This document shows positions 56,168 through 64,000 of a stretch of 64,000 nt of DNA, piece after piece. Position 1 is the stretch's first letter. Every line of letters starts with the position of its first letter. The position numbers were made by a program, and so were the translations under genes. The DNA lies in NCBI GenBank assembly GCA_965199955.1, contig CBDATQ010000002.1:1536001-1600000 (forward strand), given 5' to 3'. The notes under the pieces are model-generated. The model saw nothing but the letters and a program-made list of their open reading frames with translations. It had not been told where the DNA came from and made no database searches. This DNA comes from Spirochaetia bacterium. GTDB lineage: Bacteria; Spirochaetota; Spirochaetia; SZUA-6; Bin103.

Positions 56168-57055
56168 CTACTCCTCGGTGACGAAATGCTGGTACAGCGG
56201 CTGCACGTCGGCCGGCAACCGCTCGAACACCTCGCGGCGCATGGGCACGGCGTCGTAGTTCTTGCCGCCGGTGGCCAGGACCATGCGGTCGTGGTCGGGG
56301 GTGCCGCGGATCGACGGCGTGAGGTTCAGCCACCACGGCGCGTAGCGGATGATCAGCGCCACGCGCAGGTCGTCGCTCACGTTGGCCGCGACCGCGTGCC
56401 ACAGGCGGCTGTCGTAGAGCAGTACGCTGCCGGCGGTGCCGGTGACCTGGAGCTGGTCGGGGTGGGGGCCGTCCTTGTCGAAGCCCTGCAGGGTCTCGCC
56501 GGCCGGGTTGTCGGTGAACTTGTGGCTGCCGGGGACGATGAAGGTGCCACCGTTGTCGGTGGTGAAATCGGTGAGCATCCAGATGCCGGACAGGTGCATG
56601 AGCGCGTCGGGGTAGGGCGCCTTGACGTGGGTGGAGTTGGTGGCGTTGTAGGGCCAGTCGGAGTGCCAGTAGCCGCGCGTGCTGCCGGGGTTGGTGATCA
56701 CGCAGTCGGTGCAGGAGATGCGCACGAAGTCACCGAACAGCGCGGTGGCGACGCCCAGGATGCGCGGGTCGGATAGATATTCGGCGAAGCACTGCGTCTC
56801 GTTGATCACCTGGCGCAGGTTGTCCACGCCGGGGGAGCCGACGCGGTGGCCGCGCGAGCGCGTCTTCTCCAGCTCCGCGAGGGCCTGCGCGTGGTTGGCG
56901 CGCTGCGCGGCGAACACCTCGTCGCGCACGTGGCCGACCTTGTCGGCCGGGATCACGCCAGGGACCACGCAGTAGCCGTGGCGGCCGAGCGTATCGACGA
57001 TCTCCTCGATGGTGCTGCCGGTGGCGGGGCTGCGCCCGGGAGCAATGGTACTCAT
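56168..57055 (-). CDS. PhyH family dioxygenase
   Basis: HGYCVV, WHSDWP, DFT.DNGGT.IVPGSH, GSVLLYDSRLWH. Confidence 0.92.
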   Translation of the reverse strand: MSTIAPGRSPATGSTIEEIVDTLGRHGYCVVPGVIPADKVGHVRDEVFAAQRANHAQALAELEKTRSRGHRVGSPGVDNLRQVINETQCFAEYLSDPRILGVATALFGDFVRISCTDCVITNPGSTRGYWHSDWPYNATNSTHVKAPYPDALMHLSGIWMLTDFTTDNGGTFIVPGSHKFTDNPAGETLQGFDKDGPHPDQLQVTGTAGSVLLYDSRLWHAVAANVSDDLRVALIIRYAPWWLNLTPSIRGTPDHDRMVLATGGKNYDAVPMRREVFERLPADVQPLYQHFVTEE

Positions 57056-57063
57056 AACAGGCA

Positions 57064-57075
57064 GGGATTATAGCA
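57064..57075 (-). promoter_or_regulatory. Extended -10 promoter TGCTATAAT, 11 nt upstream of the PhyH ATG
   Basis: Minus strand reads TTTGCTATAATCCCTGCCTGTTATG. Confidence 0.6.
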
Positions 57076-57084
57076 AACGGGCGT

Positions 57085-57630
57085 TCACGGCGCCGGTGCG
57101 AGCTCGATCCGGTGCGTGCCGCCGTTCAGCCCAAGGATCACCGATTCCGGTGACAGGTCGACGCCATCTGCCGTTCCGGCACCGGCAGGGATGGCAAGCG
57201 TGCTGTCGTCGCGGGTCAGGCGCAGGTCCGTGGCGGCGTCGCGAGGCAGGACGACCTCGGTCTCGAGCCCGTCGGAAAGGTCGACCTGAACTGTCAGGGC
57301 AGCGTCGCGTCGCTGCCAGCGCACGCCGATCGGCCCGCGCGCCGACGGCAGCACGCCGCGCGCCCAGCGCAGGTCCGCGACCGCCGGCGGCGCGATCCGG
57401 CAGCGGGCGAAGCCGGGGGCCGGCAGGATGCCCAGGACGTGGCGCGACAGCGTCCACGCGGGGGTGACCGACGATGAGTGCACGAGCCCGGTCAGCTCGC
57501 CCGAGTAGGGGCTGGGCGAGGCGAACTGCGGCTCGGTGGTGAAGCGCGACTCCGCGCGCGCCATGGCGCCGCGCTCGCGCGCGAACATGCTCCAGCTCTC
57601 CCACATGCGGCGGTTACCGGACAGGAACCA
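57085..57630 (-). pseudogene. Alpha-L-rhamnosidase (GH78) C-terminal remnant
   Basis: MWESW...H....P...L...VLGI.P.PGF....IAP....LRWARG..PS.RG.I.V.W. Confidence 0.75.
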
Positions 57631-57642
57631 GCTAGCGAGAAG

Positions 57643-58667
57643 GTGCCCACCAAGGAGTTGAGAGTCGGTGTTGTGCTCTACGGAGGCGTGTCCCTTGCGG
57701 TCTACATCAACGGGGTGGTCACCGAGATCTGAATGCACTGCGTGCGTCTCGGCATGCGGCGCTCGACGACAGCAAGCCCGGCGGAGCCACGGCCGAGGTG
57801 TACGGCAGGCTTCTCAAGGAGCTCGCCTGCCGGGGAGCGACGGAACGACTCGAGATCGTGGTCGACACGGTAGCCGGAACGTCCGCCGGCGGTATCACCG
57901 GCGTTGCTCTCGCCAAGGCGATCGTCGACGGCGGTGACATGCGCCAACTCGGCGAGACCTGGATCGAGAAGGCCGGCATCAAGAAGCTCAGGACTCGGCC
58001 CCGGCGGCGGCTTGGATGCCGCAAGCGCCTGGCGATGAACGCCATCAGCTGCCTGTTCCGCGCGGTCGGCGACATCCGGGACAAGATCGATGAGCTACCA
58101 GGGATCACGTGGGAGTGAGCAACCAGGTGTACTCGCTGGCGACCTCGAAGTCCGGCAACAAGGCGCCGCTGGACGGTGATTATTTCACGCACATGATCGT
58201 CTCGACCCTGGAGAACATGGGACGGTCGCGCCCGACGCGGATCGGCGCCCATCAGCGATTCGACCTGTATCTGACGCAGAAGGACTATGGGCTGACCTAC
58301 GCGGGCCGGGCGACGGCCGGGTTTCCGGTCGCATTCCCTCCGGCGAACTACTCGACCGTTGCAGCCGCATACTCGGATGCACGGACGGACACAAGTTCGT
58401 CCTCGCGTGATGCGTTCGTATCCGAGCACTTGCGCGAGCACGAGCTGGCAGGATGCGGCTACGAACCGGATCGGACGTGGACTGCAGTGCTCGATCGCGC
58501 GGAACAGTCGCTGCTGTCCCCGTGCGAAGATCGGCCGAAGGACGACAACTGACTGCGGTGACGCCGGTCTGCTCGACCGCCTCGTGCCTGAGGACTATGA
58601 TCGCGCTGGCTTGGAAGTCCTCGCGCCGGATCGCGAGATGGCTCCCCTGCCGACCCCGCGCCGGTAA
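57643..58667 (+). pseudogene. Patatin-like protein (DUF3376-associated type) remnant
   Basis: KELRVGVVLYGGVSLAVYINGVVTEI* (in-frame TGA 57730-57732), VDTVAGTSAGGI, RATAGFPVAFPP; frameshifts and deletions. Confidence 0.8.
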
Positions 58668-58696
58668 TCGCCCCAAGGATCGAGTCAGGAGCCGCC

Positions 58697-59548
58697 ATGC
58701 CCTTTGTTCGCCAGCGTTACGGAAAGGCCAACGTGCGCGTGCTGCGTGTACAGCGCGCCGCGGACCGCCACCGGGTGCGTGAGAGCCGCGTCACCGTCAC
58801 CTTGGACGGCGACTTCTCTCGCGCCTACACGGACGCCGACAACGCGCCGGTGGTGGCCACCGACACCATGAAGAACCTGGTGAACGTGCTGGCCCTGCAG
58901 CACCTGGACGCGGCCAACGAGTCGTTCGCCCTGACCGTCGCGCAGTGCTTCCTGGACCGGTACGGCCACGTCGCGGAAGCGCGCGTCCGGGTCGACGAAA
59001 CGGTCTGGGGCCGCATGCGCATCGACGGCCGCGATCACGAGCACGGCTTCGTGCGGGCGGAGGGTGGCACCCCGTTCGCCTGCGCCACGGTGACCCGATC
59101 GTCGCGCGCGGTCGAAGCCGGCTTCCACGACTTCCCGATCATGAAGACCACGGGTTCGGGCTTCGTCGACTACCTGCGGGACGAGTACACGACGCTGGCG
59201 CCGACCACCGACCGCATCCTGGCCACGCGCATGACGGCGGCATGGCAGTTCGAATGCGGAACGCTCGGCGACGACGCAGGCTACGACGCGGTGTCAGGCG
59301 CGATCCGGCAGGCGCTCCTGCGGGTCTTCGCCACCACCTACAGCCGCTCGGTGCAGGACAGCCTGTACCGGATGGGCGAGGCCGCGCTAGCCGCCGCGCC
59401 CGACGTCAGCCAGATCACGCTGCGCATGCCCAACGTCCACTACCTGCCGATCGACCTGTACCCGTTCGGGGAGGACGCCCGCGGCAAGGTGTTCCTGCCC
59501 ACGGACGAGCCGAGCGGCCAGATCGAAGCGACGCTGCGGAGGGAGTGA
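58697..59548 (+). CDS. pucL: Factor-independent urate hydroxylase (uricase)
   Basis: YGK..VR, VVATDTMKN, KTTGSGF, YTTL...DR, SRSVQ, MPNVHY, PSGQIEA. Confidence 0.93.
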   Translation: MPFVRQRYGKANVRVLRVQRAADRHRVRESRVTVTLDGDFSRAYTDADNAPVVATDTMKNLVNVLALQHLDAANESFALTVAQCFLDRYGHVAEARVRVDETVWGRMRIDGRDHEHGFVRAEGGTPFACATVTRSSRAVEAGFHDFPIMKTTGSGFVDYLRDEYTTLAPTTDRILATRMTAAWQFECGTLGDDAGYDAVSGAIRQALLRVFATTYSRSVQDSLYRMGEAALAAAPDVSQITLRMPNVHYLPIDLYPFGEDARGKVFLPTDEPSGQIEATLRRE

Positions 59549-59895
59549 TGGGCACGCTCACCACACACGTGCTGGACACCGCACAGGGCAGGCCGGGCGC
59601 CGGCATCCGAGTAGAGCTCTTCGACGTGACCGAAGGGCGCCGCCCGGTCGCCTCCGCCCGCACCAACCAGGACGGGCGCTGCGACGCGCCACTGCTCGAG
59701 GGCGACGCCTTTCGCACGGGGCAGTGGGAACTGGTGTTTCACGTCGGCAAGTACTTCGCGGCGACCGACTTGCCGACCGCCGATCCACCGTTCCTGGACC
59801 GGGTCACCATCCGCTTCGGCATCGCCGCCGACGCCCACTACCACGTGCCGCTCCTCGCGGCGCCGTGGGGCTACACCACCTACCGCGGCAGTTGA
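59548..59895 (+). CDS. uraH: 5-hydroxyisourate hydrolase
   Basis: LTTHVLDT..GRP, TNQDGR, HYHVPLL, YTTYRGS; TGATG overlap with the uricase gene. Confidence 0.95.
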   Translation: MGTLTTHVLDTAQGRPGAGIRVELFDVTEGRRPVASARTNQDGRCDAPLLEGDAFRTGQWELVFHVGKYFAATDLPTADPPFLDRVTIRFGIAADAHYHVPLLAAPWGYTTYRGS

Positions 59896-59915
59896 GCAGG
59901 CAGCGGTCGCTGCCG

Positions 59916-60449
59916 TCAGGTGACCGCCGCCATGTGCTTCAGGGACTCACGGGCGGCGCGCTGCGCGGTCGCGACCTGCTTCCTGGTCATCTGATCGGCG
60001 AGGTAGTCGCGCATGTTGCGCGCCTCGTGATCGCCGCTGGCGACGAACTCCACCCAGGTCGTCAGGAAGCGCGGCACGGCCGCGCCCTCCGCGCGCGCCG
60101 CGAGATCGAACCACATGTACGCCGCCACCAGATCCTGGGCAACCCCCTGGCCATGCAGGTAGGAGAGCCCGAGCGCGAACTGAGCCTTCTCGTCCCCCTG
60201 GTCGGCCGCGCGACGGAACCACGTGACGGCCTCGGCGTAGTCATGCGGGGCGCCGACCCCCAGCCAGTGCATGAGCCCGAGGTTGAACTGGCCGCCCGCA
60301 TGCCCCTGCTCGGCTGCCAGGCGGTACCACTTGGCCGCCTCATGGTAGTCTTGGCGAACGGCATAGCCGTCGTGGTACATGCAGCCGAGCTCGAACTGGG
60401 CGTCAGGGTCACCCGATTTCGCGTCGCGTCGCGCATCGGTTCCGAGCAT
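59916..60449 (-). CDS. Sel1-like repeat protein
   Basis: Three repeats of AQF.LG..Y..G.GV.QD...A..W...AA.QG. Confidence 0.9.
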   Translation of the reverse strand: MLGTDARRDAKSGDPDAQFELGCMYHDGYAVRQDYHEAAKWYRLAAEQGHAGGQFNLGLMHWLGVGAPHDYAEAVTWFRRAADQGDEKAQFALGLSYLHGQGVAQDLVAAYMWFDLAARAEGAAVPRFLTTWVEFVASGDHEARNMRDYLADQMTRKQVATAQRAARESLKHMAAVT

Positions 60450-60564
60450 ACGTATCGATGATCGTCACCTCTTGATTGCGGCCTTAGCCGCGAGAATCCC
60501 AAGTTCTCATTTCTCGGACGATCAGGAAGATCAGGGAAGCGTGACGGCGCGAGATGCGCTGAGG

Positions 60565-60745
60565 ATTCTGACCGTGGCCGAGGAGACCCTGCACCAACTC
60601 GCCCGCGAGCACGGCAAGGAGATCGCCACCCACCTGTACGGCCAGGATCAACGCCGAGACGTACGCCATCTGCAAGGCCGACCTGCTGCCGAAAGGCGAG
60701 GGCGAGGCCGCCGACAACATCGTGGGCGATCCCGAGTACTCCCTG
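60565..60745 (+). pseudogene. Type I R-M methyltransferase (HsdM) internal fragment
   Basis: LTVAEETLHQLAREHGKEIATHLYGQ, frameshift near 60647, INAETYAICKADLL.KGEGEAADNIVG.PEYS. Confidence 0.75.
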
Positions 60746-60794
60746 GTGACCCGCTCCACGGATATCCTGACAGACGGTCCGAAGGAGGCTGAAC

Positions 60795-60976
60795 ATGACG
60801 AGTGGCGAAGTAAGACGGTTCGATTGTGTCTGACCATGAGAGCTATTCGCGATCAAATCAGCGCCGAGATTGCTGAGATGAGCTTCGCCGAACGGTCCCG
60901 CTGGCTTGATACGCACCGTCACGCTGATCCTGCGCTGCAACGGTTGGCGGAGCGACTCGGCCAACGGAACCTATGA
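60795..60976 (+). CDS. Small hypothetical protein A (frameshift near 60833, or a 46-aa ORF from ATG 60836)
   Basis: SD AAGGAGG; MTSGEVRRFDCV* then MRAIRDQISAEIAEMSFAERSRWL; ATGA overlap with the ATPase gene. Confidence 0.55.
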
Positions 60977-62226
60977 TCACACGCGTCGAGGCGCTCAATT
61001 TCCGCTGTCTGCGGTACGTGCACCGTCCGATGAACCCGTTCCACGTATTGGTCGGCCCGAACGCATCCGGCAAGACGACGTTCCTGGACGTCATCGGGCT
61101 CCTGGGCGACATCGTGTCAGGTGGGCTGGACTACGCTCTGTCCGAGCGCACGCCCAACCCGCAGGATCTGCTGTTCGGACGCTGCGGCAGCCGACTCGAA
61201 CTCGCGGTGGAGGCGACCGTGCCCGCCGCGCTTCGCCAACCCGATGCGCAGCAGTGGAACACGGTTCGCTATCAGGTCGCGCTCGGTTACGATGACACCG
61301 ACCGCCAGTTCGAGTTCAAGGCTGAGACGTTGCTGTTGAAGAAGGCCACCGAATCGGGGCCGAGTCAGCGCGAACTGTTCCCGACGCCGCCGGCGCCGCC
61401 CGAGTCGCTGTTGGACAGTATCAAGAAGCGCGACAACAAGGTGTTGGTCAACAAGGCGTCGGGCGGCAACGACAACTTCTACAACGAGTCCAGCCCCGCA
61501 AACCAAAGCTGGGCGCCGTCGTTCAAACTCGGAACGCAGCGGTCGGCGCTGGGCAACCTTCCGGCCGACCAAAGCTCGTTTCCGACGGCGACGTGGTTTC
61601 GGGAGTACCTTGGCGCCGGCATTCAGCGGTTCACCCTCAACAGTGCTGCGATCCGGCAGCCGAGTCCGCCGACGCGGGCCGCCGGATTCCTGCCCGACGG
61701 GTCCAACGTCTCCTGGGTCGCCCGCCGCCTCCGGCAAGACGACCCCGCACGCCACGCTTCGTGGATCGCGCATCTGCGCACGGCGCTGCCCGATCTGGAA
61801 GACATCGAGGCGGTGGAGCGCCCCGAAGACCGCCATTGCTATATGGTGTACCGGTATGCTGGCGGCGTGGCCGTGCCGTCGTGGCTGGTCTCCGATGGCA
61901 CGCTCAGGTTGACCGGTCTCACGCTGCCGGCCTATCTGCCCGACCTGGAAGGTGTCTTCCTGGTTGAGGAGCCGGAAAACGGCATCCACCCGAAGGCGGT
62001 GGCCACGGTGTTCGATTCGCTGTCATCGGTGTATGGCGCTCAGGTGTTGATGGCGACCCACTCACCGGTCGTGCTCAACGCGGCGAATACGAAAGACGTG
62101 CTTTGCTTCGCGCGCGACGATGCGGGTGCGACCGACATCGTCTCCGGGACCGAACATCCTCACCTGCAGGCTTGGCGCGGCGACGCGGACCTCGGCACCC
62201 TGCTTGCGGCCGGGGTACTGGGATGA
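60973..62226 (+). CDS. ABC/AAA_21-type ATPase (MADS Mad3-like candidate)
   Basis: NFRCL, Walker A GPNASGKTT, signature VSDGTLR, Walker B LVEEPENGIHP, H-loop ATHSP; no TM segments. Confidence 0.85.
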   Translation: MITRVEALNFRCLRYVHRPMNPFHVLVGPNASGKTTFLDVIGLLGDIVSGGLDYALSERTPNPQDLLFGRCGSRLELAVEATVPAALRQPDAQQWNTVRYQVALGYDDTDRQFEFKAETLLLKKATESGPSQRELFPTPPAPPESLLDSIKKRDNKVLVNKASGGNDNFYNESSPANQSWAPSFKLGTQRSALGNLPADQSSFPTATWFREYLGAGIQRFTLNSAAIRQPSPPTRAAGFLPDGSNVSWVARRLRQDDPARHASWIAHLRTALPDLEDIEAVERPEDRHCYMVYRYAGGVAVPSWLVSDGTLRLTGLTLPAYLPDLEGVFLVEEPENGIHPKAVATVFDSLSSVYGAQVLMATHSPVVLNAANTKDVLCFARDDAGATDIVSGTEHPHLQAWRGDADLGTLLAAGVLG

Positions 62227-62897
62227 TCCGCCGGGACCTCGTGGTCCTTGCCGCCGACAAGGACTTGGAACACGCGTTGCGCGGGTTGCTGTCCCGTCAC
62301 GAGTCGCTGCCCATCCGGCAGATCGTGTTCGACATCTTCGTAGACCCCCAGCATGACGCCGCTTGTGCGAGACGTGGCGTTTCGTTCCTCTCTCAGTTTT
62401 CCCAGCAGTACCGATACGCACTGCTGATCATGGATCACGAAGGCAGTGGCCGCGAGAAGATATCGGCAGATGACTTGCAGGAAGCGCTGAATCAGGAATT
62501 TCGGGCATCCGCATGGGGCGAGCGGGGCAAGGCAATCGTCCTGGCCCCGGAGCTGGAGATCTGGGTCTGGAGCGACTCCCCGCACGTCGACGCCGTGGCC
62601 GGTTGGGCAGATAGAAGGCCGCGGCTCCGCCAGTGGCTGAACGATCATGGCCTGTGGGATGACCAAGAGTCGAAGCCACGGCGGCCAAAGGAGGCGTTTC
62701 ATGCCGCCCTGCATGCGTCGGGTGTAGCGCGCAGCGCATCGCTCTACCAACAGCTCGCTAAACGAGTATCCCTCAACCGGTGCGCCGATCGTTCCTTTCA
62801 TGACTTGCGCGCCATTCTGCGAGAGTGGTTTCCAAGAGGAGAACAACGAGGAGGCGGGCGAGCACTGCGCCTCGCGCAACGCGGTCCGACGGACTGA
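62223..62897 (+). CDS. TOPRIM-like (DUF4276/Mad4-like) partner protein
   Basis: DLVVLAADKD.E..L.GLL, IMDHEG, PELEIW, PKEAF, FHDL...LREWF; ATGA overlap with the ATPase gene. Confidence 0.65.
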   Translation: MIRRDLVVLAADKDLEHALRGLLSRHESLPIRQIVFDIFVDPQHDAACARRGVSFLSQFSQQYRYALLIMDHEGSGREKISADDLQEALNQEFRASAWGERGKAIVLAPELEIWVWSDSPHVDAVAGWADRRPRLRQWLNDHGLWDDQESKPRRPKEAFHAALHASGVARSASLYQQLAKRVSLNRCADRSFHDLRAILREWFPRGEQRGGGRALRLAQRGPTD

Positions 62898-62938
62898 TGC
62901 CAGTGACGTGCCGGCTCCGATGCGAGGGAGGTAGGAAC

Positions 62939-63175
62939 ATGAAGACCACGCGAGAGATTCGTGATCGCCTCAGTGTCGAGCTGGCCGGGATGTCCCCTGA
63001 GGACCGGGTCCGGTGGCTCAATAGCAGAGGTTTCTCGGACCCGCTCCTGCGCCGCCTCATCAATCGGCTCCGGCCACAGGAAGGTCGAGAGGGCGAGTCC
63101 GCTCTGGTGCGCTCGACCGGCAGTCCTTGCCCCGACGCGATTCCGTCCGCCGCCCGCCAGGGAAGCGAGCGATGA
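62939..63175 (+). CDS. Small hypothetical protein B, paralog of protein A
   Basis: SD GGAGGT; MKTTREIRDRLSVELAGMSPEDRVRWL...DPLLRRL. Confidence 0.6.
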   Translation: MKTTREIRDRLSVELAGMSPEDRVRWLNSRGFSDPLLRRLINRLRPQEGREGESALVRSTGSPCPDAIPSAARQGSER

Positions 63176-63239
63176 CGACCATGGAGGACTGACGGCATAT
63201 CGTGAAGCCCGCAAGGAAGACGAAGTGACAACCGCCAAC

Positions 63240-63309
63240 TCAAGCCCTCCTCCACCAAGACGTACTGGCGCTGCAGGTCCAGCCAGAAGCGAGGGCTGTT
63301 GCCAAAGTG
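63240..63309 (-). pseudogene. HigA-family antitoxin C-terminal remnant
   Basis: HFGNSPRFWLDLQRQY.L.EE, cut at the ISL3 end. Confidence 0.6.
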
Positions 63310-63905
63310 GGTCTTCAGGAAATTCGTGTGGAAAGGGCGATCACCGGGTGACACCGTCGGGGTAGAGATCAAGACCGCCGAGGTGAAAGTAGATGGCGTT
63401 GCGGAATCGCTTGCGGTTGCGCAACCCTCGCGCTGAGTACTTCAGTTTCTGAATCCCGGCGTTGATCGACTCGGCCCGAGCGTTGGTCACCTTGTCCACG
63501 ACGGCGGTGAGGATCCCGTCCAGGTGGCGCTTGATCATCCGCGCCACCTTCTTGACCGGCTCCAGCCGGCAGCGGATCGCCGAGCGGTACCATGCCTGCC
63601 ATGCCTTGCGCGCCCAGGTGCGGCTGCGGTACGCCCACAGCGTCATCGCATGCTCCTTGTAGCCCCACGCACGGGCGGTCTGCAGGGCGCTTGAGCGTAG
63701 CTCGGCGAATTGCTCCCAGCGCTCCTCATCCATATTCTCGGGGTTCCTCAGCCACACGTAGCGGCTGCCCTTCAGCCGCTGATCGTCCTCGCCGGCCAGC
63801 CGGCGGTGCTCGGCGCGCCGCACCCGGTCAACGGCGTCCCCGAGGTGTCCGGCAACGTGGAACGTGTCGAACGCGATCTTCTCGTGTGCCTCCGCCACAT
63901 ACTGG
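63310..63905 (-). mobile_element. ISL3-family element, 3' part only (transposase fragment 63341-63898)
   Basis: FDTFHV, DRVRR.E, LKGSRY.WL, TNARAESIN..I..LK..ARG.RN, FHLGGLDLYP; terminal GGTCTTCAGGAAATTCGTGTGG; 5' part absent. Confidence 0.85.
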
Positions 63906-64000
63906 GTTCGTCAGGCTGACCGCGGCCGGCGCCGGGCAGGCGGTGGCCAACACGGTCGGCCTCGACTTCTACAACCACACCAGCTTCCCGCGGCGGGTCT

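Noticed and set aside
57730..57732. In-frame TGA in the patatin gene as possible selenocysteine or readthrough
   Set aside because: Probably a TGG-to-TGA nonsense change; the gene has further frameshifts and deletions, and TGA is the normal stop in many genes here
63906..64000. Sequence beyond the ISL3 truncation point
   Set aside because: Too short at the window edge to interpret

Overview
High-GC bacterial chromosomal window with no rRNA, tRNA or CRISPR array seen. All family assignments come from motif recognition by eye, not database searches. Housekeeping genes: leuB, gltB-gltD, uricase plus HIU hydrolase. The rest is mainly catabolic and uptake genes: carbohydrate ABC transporter parts, three BNR/sialidase-like proteins, five intact PhyH-family and one TauD-family Fe(II)/2OG dioxygenases, an enolase-superfamily enzyme, a TPP enzyme, an amidase, and M19, M81 and S9 peptidases. 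This content, plus a spirochaete-style solute-binding protein N-terminus, suggests a host-associated (possibly sponge-symbiont) bacterium, which is inference only. Mobile DNA: two inverted, near-identical IS1634 copies with 6-bp target duplications (one splits an ABC exporter gene), an internally deleted IS630 and a truncated ISL3. Toxin-antitoxin and defence content: MazEF-like, MNT-HEPN, a divergent HicB/HicA-like pair, a TcmP + DUF5131 module, and an ABC-ATPase + TOPRIM-like pair (MADS Mad3/Mad4-like) flanked on both sides by paralogous microproteins inside a decayed defence island. Many intergenic gaps hold recognisable, internally deleted gene remnants, and many genes look leaderless. The best novelty candidates are the microprotein-flanked ATPase/TOPRIM cassette, the HicBA-like pair, an extended BpsA-like protein and a DUF4382 + His-rich fusion.
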